From positions 1,568,001 to 1,632,000 of the forward strand of contig CAXXNF010000002.1 in assembly GCA_963666365.2 (NCBI GenBank): DNA of 64,000 nucleotides, written 5' to 3'. Both the position numbers and the translations under genes were made by a program. The DNA is from Syntrophales bacterium (lineage in GTDB: Bacteria; Desulfobacterota; Syntrophia; Syntrophales; UBA2210). The notes beneath the pieces were generated by a model. It worked only from the letters and a program-made list of their open reading frames with translations, did not search any database and was not told where the DNA came from. Positions 9,681 to 19,193 of the stretch are shown one piece after another (position 1 is the stretch's first letter; every line of letters starts with the position of its first letter).

Positions 9681-11099
9681 ATGACGAAAAACCGGACACT
9701 GAAAGCACAGATGGACGCCATCTTTCATCCCCGTTCCGTTGCCGTTGTCGGCGTGCCTCGTGAATTAAAAACGGGGAAGCTGTTCCTTATGGCCCTCCAG
9801 GATCAGAATTTCCCGGGTAAAATTTATCCGGTGAATCCTGCAGCCGATTATATCGATGCCCTCAAAGCATATCCCTCTGTTACCGCCATCCCCGGCCCGG
9901 TAGACCTCGCCATTATCCTGGTTCCCGAGCAAAAATGTCTTGAAGCGGTCACCGACTGTGCGTCAAAGGGCGTGAAAGGGGCCATTCTTTTCACTGCCGG
10001 CTACAAGGAAACGGGCACCGATGAGGGGAAACGACGTGAAAACGAGGTTCTCCGCATAGCGCGTTCCGCCGATATGCGATTGATAGGGCCGAATTGCATG
10101 GGGATATATGCCCCCAAGTCGGGATTGGCCTTTTTCCCCGGTCTCTCACGAAGGCCCGGTTCGGTGGGAATCGTCTCAAACAGCGGCTCTCTTGCCAACA
10201 TACTCTGCCGCATGGCCCCACAGCGCGGCCTCTATTTCAGTAAGGCGATAAGTCTTGGAAATGAATGCGATTTGTCGAGCATTGATTTTATTGACTACCT
10301 GGGAGGAGATCCCGATACGCACGTCATCGGCGCCTATCTTGAAGGCATCAGAGACGGGAACCTGTTCCTCAAAAAAATACGGGCCCTGTCGCACCGTAAG
10401 CCGGTGATCCTCTGGAAGGTGGGCCTCACTCCTGAAGGGGGAAGGGCCGCGGCATCCCATACCGGCGCCATGGCGGGATCGGCGGATCTCTGGAAAGCGG
10501 TGGTCAATCAGAGCGGCGCAATCCCGGTCACCGGATTTGAGGCATGGGTGGACACACTGATGGGGTGCGCACTTCTCCCACCCTTGCTGGGAGACCGCAT
10601 CGCCATTATCTCGGGACCGGGGGGATTGGCTGTGTCGGCGGCTGAAGCATGCGGCTTTGAAGGACTCAGACTGGCCGAGCTTTCAGAGGAAACAACCGCG
10701 GCCCTTGCACGCATTGTACCGCCGACAGGAACGAGTCTCCGCAATCCAGTAGACGTAGGATTAACGGCATCACTCGACATGGATATTTACATAGAATCAG
10801 CCCGCTCTGTTGCCGATGACAACGGCGTCGACGCCATAGTCGTGATCGGCATGGGTATGACCGATGAGTCAAACCGGCGCTATACGGAATCCCTGATCCA
10901 GATACAGCGCAGGTCAGGAAAACCCTTTCTTATGGTAAACATCCCCGGATTCGACCCTGACCTGGCCCGTGCGTTTCTTGAGGCGGGCGTTCCCTTTTTT
11001 GAATCGCCGGAAAGAGCGTTGGGAACCTATGCACGAATTCGCCGCTACCGGCAGCGCAGTGAAGGGTATCACGCATGGTATTCAAAAAAACGTTATTGA
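9681..11099 (+). CDS. CoA-binding protein, NDP-forming acyl-CoA synthetase alpha-subunit-like
   Basis: F.PRSVAVVG, YPVNP, IGPNCMG, AAASHTG phospho-His motif, NPVDV; no ATP-grasp domain. Confidence 0.85.
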   Translation: MTKNRTLKAQMDAIFHPRSVAVVGVPRELKTGKLFLMALQDQNFPGKIYPVNPAADYIDALKAYPSVTAIPGPVDLAIILVPEQKCLEAVTDCASKGVKGAILFTAGYKETGTDEGKRRENEVLRIARSADMRLIGPNCMGIYAPKSGLAFFPGLSRRPGSVGIVSNSGSLANILCRMAPQRGLYFSKAISLGNECDLSSIDFIDYLGGDPDTHVIGAYLEGIRDGNLFLKKIRALSHRKPVILWKVGLTPEGGRAAASHTGAMAGSADLWKAVVNQSGAIPVTGFEAWVDTLMGCALLPPLLGDRIAIISGPGGLAVSAAEACGFEGLRLAELSEETTAALARIVPPTGTSLRNPVDVGLTASLDMDIYIESARSVADDNGVDAIVVIGMGMTDESNRRYTESLIQIQRRSGKPFLMVNIPGFDPDLARAFLEAGVPFFESPERALGTYARIRRYRQRSEGYHAWYSKKRY

Positions 11100-11110
11100 A
11101 AGGATAAATC

Positions 11111-12031
11111 ATGAAAAAAGCCCTCTATTACGGAATACGCGACGTACGCGTCGAAGACGTTGAAGAGCCGAAGGCAGGTCGCGACGAGGTAAAGGTTAAA
11201 ATTAAGTATTGCGGCATCTGCGGATCCGACCTTCACGAATACCTTCACGGTCCCTTTCCGGCAAGTCCCTTCGGACATGAAGTATGCGGAGAGGTGGTAG
11301 AGGTGGGCGCAGACATAGAAGGTTTTAAGCCGGGAGATCATGTGGCGACCTTTGTAAGAGACGGGTACGCAGAATATCTCGTTGCACCGCGGGATCGCAT
11401 ACTGAAACTCCCTTCCGACATGGACTGGAAGCGCGCCGCCGTATTGGAACCGCTGGCCGGCGCCATCTATGCACTGGAACGGGGAAATGTGCAACCCGGC
11501 GATACAGTGTTTATCGCGGGCGCCGGACCGGTAGGGCTGTTGATATTGATCGCACTGAAAACGCTGGGAGTTGAAACTATCTACATCACCGATTTATCGG
11601 AAAAAAGAAGGACGCTGGCCGAAAGACTGGGCGCCACGGCTTCCTTCAGTCCGGCGGATACCAAAATACCGCCGAAGATCCGAGAACTGACGCATGGAAG
11701 AGGAGTCGACGTGACCATCGAAGCAGTGGGCATTGAAGCGACGCTCAAAGACTGCCTTGCGTCAACGCGCCACGGCGGAACCGTCATCGTGCAGGGAATC
11801 TTCACTGAACGGGCGCTTGTCCACATGCTTGGCTTTGTCACAAGAGAAATGACCATGATAGGCGCCAATTCCATCAATGCCGATCGATCCCTAGAATGGC
11901 TGACTACGAAAAACATCGCGCCTGAAGCGATCGTCACAAGTATTACGTCCCTCGATGCTATTGTAGAAGGTGGATTTGAAATGCTTGCCAATCACAAGGA
12001 TGAAGAAATCAAGATCCTGGTGGAACCATAA
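11111..12031 (+). CDS. Zn-dependent medium-chain alcohol dehydrogenase (butanediol DH-like), lacking the structural-Zn loop
   Basis: CGICGSDLHEY, GHE.CG, GAGPVG; no four-Cys lobe. Confidence 0.85.
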   Translation: MKKALYYGIRDVRVEDVEEPKAGRDEVKVKIKYCGICGSDLHEYLHGPFPASPFGHEVCGEVVEVGADIEGFKPGDHVATFVRDGYAEYLVAPRDRILKLPSDMDWKRAAVLEPLAGAIYALERGNVQPGDTVFIAGAGPVGLLILIALKTLGVETIYITDLSEKRRTLAERLGATASFSPADTKIPPKIRELTHGRGVDVTIEAVGIEATLKDCLASTRHGGTVIVQGIFTERALVHMLGFVTREMTMIGANSINADRSLEWLTTKNIAPEAIVTSITSLDAIVEGGFEMLANHKDEEIKILVEP

Positions 12032-12047
12032 AAAGGCTAAACATAGG

Positions 12048-12119
12048 GGTCTGTTTGGTTCCTTTGGTCTGTTTGGTCTGTTTGGTCTGTTTAGTTCCTT
12101 TGGTCTGTTTGGTCGGTCT
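12048..12119. repeat. Tandem repeat, 8 x 9 bp (consensus GGTCTGTTT)
   Basis: Five GGTCTGTTT units plus GGTTCCTTT, AGTTCCTTT and GGTCGGTCT. Confidence 0.9.
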
Positions 12120-12226
12120 GATGGGAATGGGAAGAAGCAATCCTGTGCTTTTTATTATTGCCACATAAATGGGTTATATCGCTTTTTCATAAAAGGGCTT
12201 ACGCGAAATAGAAGGGAGCATGAAGG

Positions 12227-13828
12227 ATGGTCAATATTACCTGTTTGGGAGCCGCCGGCTCCGTGACCGGGTCCACTTATCTGATTGAAACCGAAGGGGG
12301 ACGGCAGATTCTCGTCGATTGCGGCCTTTTTCAGGGCGGCGCACAAATTGAGAGCAGAAACTGGAAGGACTGGGGATTTCATCCGGCGAAGATCGATGCG
12401 CTTCTTCTCACCCATGCCCATATTGACCACAGCGGTCGCATACCGAAGCTGGTCAAGGACGGATTCACCGGAAGGATTATCACTTCTCCTCCCACTGCGG
12501 AACTTTGCGGCATTATGCTTCTCGATTCGGCCCACGTGCAGGAGATGGACGCAGAATGGCAGACCAGAAAAAACGCCCGACAAGGGAAGGAGCGCATCAA
12601 TCCTCTGTATACGATGGAAGATGCGCAAGAAAGTCTGCGCTATCTAGCACCGATGGAACGCGACAGGATCTTTGAAGCAGGACAGGGGATAAAGGCCCGC
12701 TTCAGAAACGCGGGACACATACTCGGCTCTTCGATCATCGAACTGTGGATTGAAGACGGCGGCAAAGAAATTAAGGTCGTATTTTCCGGTGATCTTGGAA
12801 ACAAAAATCAGCTGATCGTAAAAGATCCCCATGAGGAATTCGACGCACAGTATGTCTTCATGGAATCAACCTACGGCAACAGACTGCATCGCTCCTTTGA
12901 AGACAGCAAGGAGGAATTGCTCGAGGCCGTGAAGTATTCCGTTTCCAAGGGGGAAAAGATCATTATTCCCGCCTTTGCCCTGGAGCGCACTCAGGAGATT
13001 CTCTACCTTCTCGGGGAATTTTCCAGGGATGGGAGGCTGCCGGAGATTCCCATTTATCTCGACAGTCCACTTGCCATAAAAGCAACGGAGATTTTCCGTA
13101 AAAACAAACGATATTATGATGAACATGCCCGGGCAATCGTCGAAGAAGGCTTCGACCCTTTCGCCATGCCGAATCTCCGCTACACGCCCACTACGGAAGA
13201 ATCCATCGCCATCAACAGGGAATCGGGTTCAGCCATCATTATCTCAGCAAGCGGCATGATGAATGCGGGAAGAATAAAGCATCACCTGAAACATAATGTA
13301 TGGCGGCCCGGCGCCAGCCTTGTGATTGTCGGCTACCAGGCTGAAGGAACCACGGGACGAAAAATAGTGGACGGCGCCACCCACGTGAAGATATTCAGGG
13401 AGGATGTCGCGGTAAAGGCAAAGGTATTTACCATCGGGGGGTTTTCCGCGCATGCCGATCAAAAAGGGCTTCTTGAATGGGTTTCCAATTTCACGCCGTC
13501 TAAATCCAAAGTCTTTCTTGTACACGGTGAAGCGGCGGCCTGTGAGACGCTCGCCGGAAAAATAAGAAAAGATCTGGGGCTCGATACCCATGTGCCCCGC
13601 TGGAGAGAACGTCTTTCACTCAAGGTCACTGCGGAAGCCGTCGTGACGGCCCCACCTGAAGAGGTCGTTGCCGTTCCGGAAGATCTAGTGCTGAAAGAAC
13701 TGGAACACATAGAGCGGGAGTTGGTTGCATTGCGTGCCAGGCTCTCCTCAGGCTCAAGGATCGGCACAGAAGCGAAAATCGAAAAACTGAGAGAAATCGA
13801 GGGTGACCTCCGGTCATTTTTTTCATAA
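12227..13828 (+). CDS. MBL-fold beta-CASP family ribonuclease-like hydrolase
   Basis: VTGS, DCGLFQG, THAHIDHSG, AGHILGS, FSGDLG, ESTYG, FSAHAD, LVHGE. Confidence 0.9.
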   Translation: MVNITCLGAAGSVTGSTYLIETEGGRQILVDCGLFQGGAQIESRNWKDWGFHPAKIDALLLTHAHIDHSGRIPKLVKDGFTGRIITSPPTAELCGIMLLDSAHVQEMDAEWQTRKNARQGKERINPLYTMEDAQESLRYLAPMERDRIFEAGQGIKARFRNAGHILGSSIIELWIEDGGKEIKVVFSGDLGNKNQLIVKDPHEEFDAQYVFMESTYGNRLHRSFEDSKEELLEAVKYSVSKGEKIIIPAFALERTQEILYLLGEFSRDGRLPEIPIYLDSPLAIKATEIFRKNKRYYDEHARAIVEEGFDPFAMPNLRYTPTTEESIAINRESGSAIIISASGMMNAGRIKHHLKHNVWRPGASLVIVGYQAEGTTGRKIVDGATHVKIFREDVAVKAKVFTIGGFSAHADQKGLLEWVSNFTPSKSKVFLVHGEAAACETLAGKIRKDLGLDTHVPRWRERLSLKVTAEAVVTAPPEEVVAVPEDLVLKELEHIERELVALRARLSSGSRIGTEAKIEKLREIEGDLRSFFS

Positions 13829-13999
13829 CCATGAAAATAATAGGCCCTCTTTGCTTGACATTTGAGAAATTATTTTATATTGCTAACCCTGCATTGCAAT
13901 GATATCGAATATTTTGCCGGCGCTGTGGAAGCAGCGTGATGAGGGCGGTTCATGAGATCAATTGTAAGAACGTTTAATGTGCATATATGAGCATTCGCC

Positions 14000-14035
14000 A
14001 AGAGGAAAGGTCGTACCTTTCCTCTTTTTATTTTC
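14000..14035 (+). terminator. Intrinsic terminator-like hairpin
   Basis: 12-bp stem AAGAGGAAAGGT/ACCTTTCCTCTT followed by TTTATTTT. Confidence 0.65.
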
Positions 14036-14086
14036 GGGATGAAATGGCATGGAGTGTTATCACATAACAAAAGGGAGGTAGGTTTT

Positions 14087-14851
14087 ATGGATTTTGCTAA
14101 CATACTTTACGAAAAACAGGGAAATATCGCAAAGCTGACATTGAATCGTCCGCCGGCCAATTCGGTAAATCTCGCCACTCTTCAGGACATCGAAAAGGCT
14201 CTTGACGACGCGGAACAGAGCAGTGATGTCCGGGTGCTGATTATCACCGGCGCCGGGGAAAAAGGATTTTCCGCCGGATTCGATGTGAGCGATGCAGCCA
14301 ACGGTCATATTACAGGACCCAAGGGACAGGAAGTATGGACGAGGATCGACAGATTCCCCAAACCGGTCATTGCCGCGGTGAACGGGTACGCCTTCGGCGG
14401 CGGATGCGAACTGGCGATGGCATCGACATTCAGAGTTATGCAGGAAAATGCAAAGATAGGACTCACCGAGCTCAATCTGGGGATTATTCCCGGCTGGGGA
14501 GGAACACAAAGAATGCCGAGAATTCTGGGAAAATCAAAGGCCTTGGAAATGATTCTCTTCAGCAAGCGCATAAGCGCCCAGGAAGCGCTTGAAATCGGCC
14601 TCATTGACAGAGTCTCCAAAGAGGGCGAACTGATGAAAGACGTCATGGAAATGGCGGACTTCCTCGCGCAGAGGCCCCCCCTTGCCGTGAGGGCCGTAAT
14701 GAATGCCGTCGTGGCAGGTATGGAGAAGGGACTGGACGAAGGAACAAAGGTGGAGTGGCAGGGAACACAGACCGTGGCGGCATCCAAGGATGCCATCGAA
14801 GGCTTTACCGCATTCCTGGAGAAACGTGCCCCCAACTTCAAGGGCGAATAA
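14087..14851 (+). CDS. Enoyl-CoA hydratase (crotonase family)
   Basis: LNRP, FSAGFD, AFGGGCELA, GLTELNLGIIPGWGGTQR; both catalytic Glu present; GGAGG RBS. Confidence 0.9.
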   Translation: MDFANILYEKQGNIAKLTLNRPPANSVNLATLQDIEKALDDAEQSSDVRVLIITGAGEKGFSAGFDVSDAANGHITGPKGQEVWTRIDRFPKPVIAAVNGYAFGGGCELAMASTFRVMQENAKIGLTELNLGIIPGWGGTQRMPRILGKSKALEMILFSKRISAQEALEIGLIDRVSKEGELMKDVMEMADFLAQRPPLAVRAVMNAVVAGMEKGLDEGTKVEWQGTQTVAASKDAIEGFTAFLEKRAPNFKGE

Positions 14852-14878
14852 CTCACTTATAAAGAAGGAGAGGTTATC

Positions 14879-16030
14879 ATGAAATTAGAAGACGTGAAAA
14901 AAATTGCAATGATCGGCGCCGGCGACATGGGACACGGCATCGCAGCCTGCTGCCTCCTGGGAGGGTATACGGTGGTGCTTCGTGACATCGAACAAAAGTT
15001 TGTCGACCGCGGTATGGAAGGTATTAAAAAAAGCCTTGCAAAATTCAAGGAGAAGGGGAAAATCACCCCCGAGGCCCACGATGATGCATTGGCCCGCCTG
15101 ATCCCCATGGTGGACATCGAAGAGGCGGTAAAAGACGCCGATTTCATCATCGAAGCGGTGCCGGAAAAACTGGAACTGAAGAAGAGCGTATTTGCCGATC
15201 TGGACAAATATGCACCCAAGCACGCCATTCTCGCCTCCAACACCTCGAACATCAGTATTACGGATATTGCAAAGGCAACGGGACGTCCGGACAAGGTCAT
15301 AGGCTACCATTTTTTCAATCCCGCCATTCTGATGAAACTTGTTGAAGTCACCAGGGGCAACGAATCGTCCGATGAATCCATTCAGATCGGGTACGAAATT
15401 GCGAAGAAAATTGGTAAAGTGCCTGTTATCGTTCAGAAAGATTCGCCCGGATTCATCTACAACCGCGTCAATGAGCCCACATTGGCATTGCTGTCCGAAA
15501 TTCTCAAGGCCGGCCATCCCTCACCGGAGGAATTCGATGGCGCATTCAAGGCGTTCATGCCCATGGCCCCTTTCGAGCTCATGGACTACGTGGGCATCGA
15601 CATCGCCGTCCACGGCATGGAATACTTCGCAGAGGTCCTTTCACCCGACTACAAACCTTCCGATGCGTTCCTGGAATACCTGAAGACAGGCGATCTGGGG
15701 AAAAAGACCGGCAAGGGGTTCTATGACTGGTCCGAAGGAAGGCCGAAGATCGATACTTCCAAGGCAACCAAGGAATACGACCTGAACCATCTGGTTGCCC
15801 TCCAGGTGAATGAGGCCACCAAACTCATTGAGGAAGGCGTCTGTACCGATCCCAAGGAAATCGATCTCGCCATGGCAAACGGCGGCGGTTCTCCCTTCGG
15901 CCCCTTCGCGCTTGCCAAGGGAATCGGCTATGAGGTGCTGAACGCAAAGCTCAACGAAATTTATGACAAATTCAAGCTGGAAATCTTCAAACCCACGGCA
16001 CTCATGAAAGAGGGCAAGATTGACGTATAA
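14879..16030 (+). CDS. 3-hydroxyacyl-CoA dehydrogenase
   Basis: GAGDMGHGIA, IEAVPE, ASNTS, HFFNP, KDSPGFI.NR, LGKKTGKGFY; duplicated C-terminal domain. Confidence 0.92.
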   Translation: MKLEDVKKIAMIGAGDMGHGIAACCLLGGYTVVLRDIEQKFVDRGMEGIKKSLAKFKEKGKITPEAHDDALARLIPMVDIEEAVKDADFIIEAVPEKLELKKSVFADLDKYAPKHAILASNTSNISITDIAKATGRPDKVIGYHFFNPAILMKLVEVTRGNESSDESIQIGYEIAKKIGKVPVIVQKDSPGFIYNRVNEPTLALLSEILKAGHPSPEEFDGAFKAFMPMAPFELMDYVGIDIAVHGMEYFAEVLSPDYKPSDAFLEYLKTGDLGKKTGKGFYDWSEGRPKIDTSKATKEYDLNHLVALQVNEATKLIEEGVCTDPKEIDLAMANGGGSPFGPFALAKGIGYEVLNAKLNEIYDKFKLEIFKPTALMKEGKIDV

Positions 16031-16101
16031 ACGGAAGCTTGGCTTGAAGACTAAAGAGTGAAGGTAAAATTCTCGTGCCGGTGCGCATGGGAAATATTCA
16101 A

Positions 16102-16140
16102 GAAGGCACGGTCGCCCTTTCGGGACCGTGCTTTCGTTTT
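16102..16140. terminator. Terminator between convergent genes
   Basis: Stem GAAGGCACGGTC/GACCGTGCTTTC followed by GTTTT. Confidence 0.6.
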
Positions 16141-16141
16141 C

Positions 16142-16405
16142 CTACAACACAATCTTCACCGCCGAATGGCGGCTCAATTGTGAAAAAAGCGACTTCCTGT
16201 CATTATCGCTGAAAACGATCGTTTCCACATTCAGACAATGATACTTCCCCCTTCGGCTCCGCCTCGAAAGGGATACCTCGCAGGACCGCTCCTGAAATAT
16301 CTCGCGCAGTGCCGCATGGATTTCATCGGCATCGCCGCCGATCACTTTATAGACCCACCGACAGGGATACTCAATCTGTGGACCTTGTTTCGTTTCGTTC
16401 ATCAT
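16142..16405 (-). CDS. YbeD/DUF493 family protein
   Basis: IEYPC.W.YKVIG, S..GKY, ends VKIVL. Confidence 0.8.
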   Translation of the reverse strand: MMNETKQGPQIEYPCRWVYKVIGGDADEIHAALREIFQERSCEVSLSRRSRRGKYHCLNVETIVFSDNDRKSLFSQLSRHSAVKIVL

Positions 16406-16466
16406 TAAAACTCCACGCTATTGCCCCCTGTTTCTCTGTCGCCTCAAAGGAGCGCGACACAGAGGA

Positions 16467-17471
16467 CTAACGGTCATGTTCATCCCGTATGGCACCGACC
16501 AGCTGCTCCATGATGTCTTCAAGGGTGATAAGTCCCACCGGATCCCCCTCCTCATCGAGAATCACGGCCTGATGAAGTCTTCTGGCCTGAAAACTTCTCA
16601 ACTGGGCGTCTATGGTCTTGTCGGCTTCAATAAAATAGGGAGGACGTATGAGCTTCTTTACGGAAACACCTCCGCCCCCACCGGCCGGGATAAGCTTCAG
16701 CATGTCTTTGGCATGCAAGAATCCGATAATATTATCTTTCACCCCACGACTGACGGGAAACCGGCTGTACCCTGTTTTCATGACAATATCGATAACCCTG
16801 TTGATGGGCGACTCCACGTCGATCACGGTCATGCTGTCGAAGGGCACCATAATCTCCCGCACCGGCATGTCGTTCAGCGCAAACACACGGCCCAGAAGGC
16901 TTCTCTCATCGGCGGTGATCGTCCCGTCGTCCCAGGCCATTTTGATACAGGTTCGGAGCTCCGCTTCCGTGAACAGCGGCCTCCTCACTTTTTTTACATC
17001 GATGCCGAGCAAAAACAGGATTTTCGTGCTTACAAAGGTAATGACGCCGATCACCGGTTTGAAGACGGCCATCGTTACGCTCATGGCGGGGGCTACAAAA
17101 AGCGACACCCCTTCGTTAAAGTATTTCGCATACACCTTGGGCGTGATCTCGGCAAAGATGAGAATCACCAACGTCATGATGACCGTCACATATATGATCC
17201 CCTTTTCTCCCCACAGCATAAGGGCAAGTGCCGTCGCGATGGCCGACATGGCGACATTTACGAGATTGTTCCCCAGAAGAATCGTCCCGATGAGCCGTTC
17301 CGGATTCTCAAGAATTCTTTCTACCATGGCCACCCGCCGCGGCGTCACTTCGGAAAGCCGGTGGAGCCTCAGCCTGCTTATCGCCATCAGTGCCGTTTCC
17401 GATCCGGAAAAAAACGCCGAGAGACCAAGCAACACAATGAGAACCATTACCATAACAAGATTGTGAAGCAT
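16467..17471 (-). CDS. CNNM (DUF21) + CBS membrane protein (hemolysin/CorB-like)
   Basis: SAFFSGSETAL, ILLGNNLVN, FAEITPK, GYSRFPV, TLEDIMEQLVG. Confidence 0.9.
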   Translation of the reverse strand: MLHNLVMVMVLIVLLGLSAFFSGSETALMAISRLRLHRLSEVTPRRVAMVERILENPERLIGTILLGNNLVNVAMSAIATALALMLWGEKGIIYVTVIMTLVILIFAEITPKVYAKYFNEGVSLFVAPAMSVTMAVFKPVIGVITFVSTKILFLLGIDVKKVRRPLFTEAELRTCIKMAWDDGTITADERSLLGRVFALNDMPVREIMVPFDSMTVIDVESPINRVIDIVMKTGYSRFPVSRGVKDNIIGFLHAKDMLKLIPAGGGGGVSVKKLIRPPYFIEADKTIDAQLRSFQARRLHQAVILDEEGDPVGLITLEDIMEQLVGAIRDEHDR

Positions 17472-17488
17472 GAAAACCCTCTATTCTT

Positions 17489-18181
17489 TCATGTGATTTT
17501 TTCGTCTCGCCTTGCCGCCTCATGAACCCAGAACGGATGGCGTTTCAGGGCATAGTCGAGCCTGACGGCGCCCGTAAAAATTCCTCTCACCATGGGGCGA
17601 TTCGGCTTTATCACAAGAGCGGCTATGTGACCGATGAATGCAAAAATGAAGAACACGAAAAATATATTATGCAGCCAGGTCGCAGAGGACACGAGCCAAA
17701 GAGGCAACTGGGGATCGATCAGGTTCTTGTAGGTCTTCACCAGCCCGGAAGCGATAAGAACAGCAATGACAACGGCCATGCCCATGTAGGCCACACGCTG
17801 CTCGGGGAGATATTTATGAAACGGCGGTTCCTCCCCCTTACCGAAAAATGTTCCGATCACTTCAAGCGAGGCCTTCAGATCGCCCTTGCGGGGCAGCATC
17901 CCCCGCTCCCCTAGAATGAGGTGATAGACGACATGAAAACAGGATGCGGCAATGAATATAAAGGACGCAATGTAGTGTACTTTGAGGGAAACAAAAAAAT
18001 CGCCGGACCACATCAGCCCCGGCAGTTCCGTTATATAATAGCGCTTTGCAATGGGAAGCTGAAACAGCCCCGTGATAATCAAGAGAATTCCCGACAGCGC
18101 AATCGCCCAGTGTTCAATCAGCTCACCCGCGTGGTGACGTCGAATCAAGCCTTTATGATGTACTATTGAAGGCTTTCCCAT
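17489..18181 (-). CDS. Cytochrome b subunit (FdnI / Ni-hydrogenase cyt b-like)
   Basis: Four TM segments with His ligands (EHW, VHY, WLH, IGH); KY..EQR motif. Confidence 0.8.
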   Translation of the reverse strand: MGKPSIVHHKGLIRRHHAGELIEHWAIALSGILLIITGLFQLPIAKRYYITELPGLMWSGDFFVSLKVHYIASFIFIAASCFHVVYHLILGERGMLPRKGDLKASLEVIGTFFGKGEEPPFHKYLPEQRVAYMGMAVVIAVLIASGLVKTYKNLIDPQLPLWLVSSATWLHNIFFVFFIFAFIGHIAALVIKPNRPMVRGIFTGAVRLDYALKRHPFWVHEAARRDEKIT

Positions 18182-19165
18182 TTATGCTCCCTCCTTGTCG
18201 CCGGACGTTCTCCTCTTCACCGTGCCGAGTGCACCGATGATTCCCGCACCGATTCCTATGACCGGCGCGTAAAGAATGGATTTTTCGAAAAAGGCCGCGT
18301 CGGCCAGACGGCGCGGCACTGGATTCAGATGAGGACGTCCTGGGCCTTTCTCTATAGCGCGATTGAGGGTCTCGAACGGCACAGGCGACACGTAAAGGGT
18401 GCCCGTACCCCCGTTTTCCTTTGCACCGTAGATAAAACCCTTCATTGCAGAGGCCCGCCGCTCCGCCTCACGGAAGATGTCGTCGCGCAATCCGATGATC
18501 ATGGCATTCCGCGGACAGGCATCCATGCAAAGTGGAAGCCGCTTCTGAAGAAGCTGGTCATAACAGAGATCACATTTGTACATGACGCCGTTGCCGGCAA
18601 GAGACGGAACAATGGAAAGGTATATTCCGATACCTGACTGCCGCTGGGGAATATGCCAGGGACACACGTCCCTGCACTTGGCGCCGCCGAAACAGATGTC
18701 CGCATCAATGACTACGGCGCCGCTTGCATACTTGTGATTTGCCGAAAAGGGGCAGAGTGTGGCGCACGCCGGATTATCGCAATGCATGCATCTTCGCGGA
18801 ATGAATATCGTCTTTTTTCCGCTATCCCCGTTTTCCAATTCCGCTTTCTGGATATAAATCTGTGTGTAGGGCGTAAGCCTGTCATTCACCCCTTTTTTCC
18901 CGGACCAGTCTTCGATTTTCCCCCGTGGAAACAGCTCCGGTATCGGCTCTGCGGGGGCCGGAATTCTTTTCGCAGCCCTCTCATGACACACCTTGACACA
19001 GACCGGCACATCCCGATCAACGCAACCGTCACAGAGGCTAAGATCGATAAGGCTGACCAGTTCGGACTTCGCCGCCGCGCTCGAAACAGAGGGAATCCCT
19101 AATCCTGCAATGGCAGCAACTCCGGCAGAGGCCCTTAAAAACGACCTTCTGGTGATATTACCCAT
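18182..19165 (-). CDS. Tat-exported 4Fe-4S dicluster protein (FdnH/HybA-like) with C-terminal anchor
   Basis: MGNITRRSFL twin-arginine; CDGC..C..VC, CMHCDNPAC...CP, CFGGAKC...CP, CDLC....C...CP; GAKENGGT..LYVS. Confidence 0.85.
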   Translation of the reverse strand: MGNITRRSFLRASAGVAAIAGLGIPSVSSAAAKSELVSLIDLSLCDGCVDRDVPVCVKVCHERAAKRIPAPAEPIPELFPRGKIEDWSGKKGVNDRLTPYTQIYIQKAELENGDSGKKTIFIPRRCMHCDNPACATLCPFSANHKYASGAVVIDADICFGGAKCRDVCPWHIPQRQSGIGIYLSIVPSLAGNGVMYKCDLCYDQLLQKRLPLCMDACPRNAMIIGLRDDIFREAERRASAMKGFIYGAKENGGTGTLYVSPVPFETLNRAIEKGPGRPHLNPVPRRLADAAFFEKSILYAPVIGIGAGIIGALGTVKRRTSGDKEGA

Positions 19166-19193
19166 ATTCGCTTCCTCGCTTTTTCCTTTGTCG

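Noticed and set aside
12048..12119. CRISPR array at the short repeats (also 58606-58654 and the GGGACAC repeats)
   Set aside because: Units are 7-9 bp tandem with no spacers, or are dispersed/inverted; no cas genes
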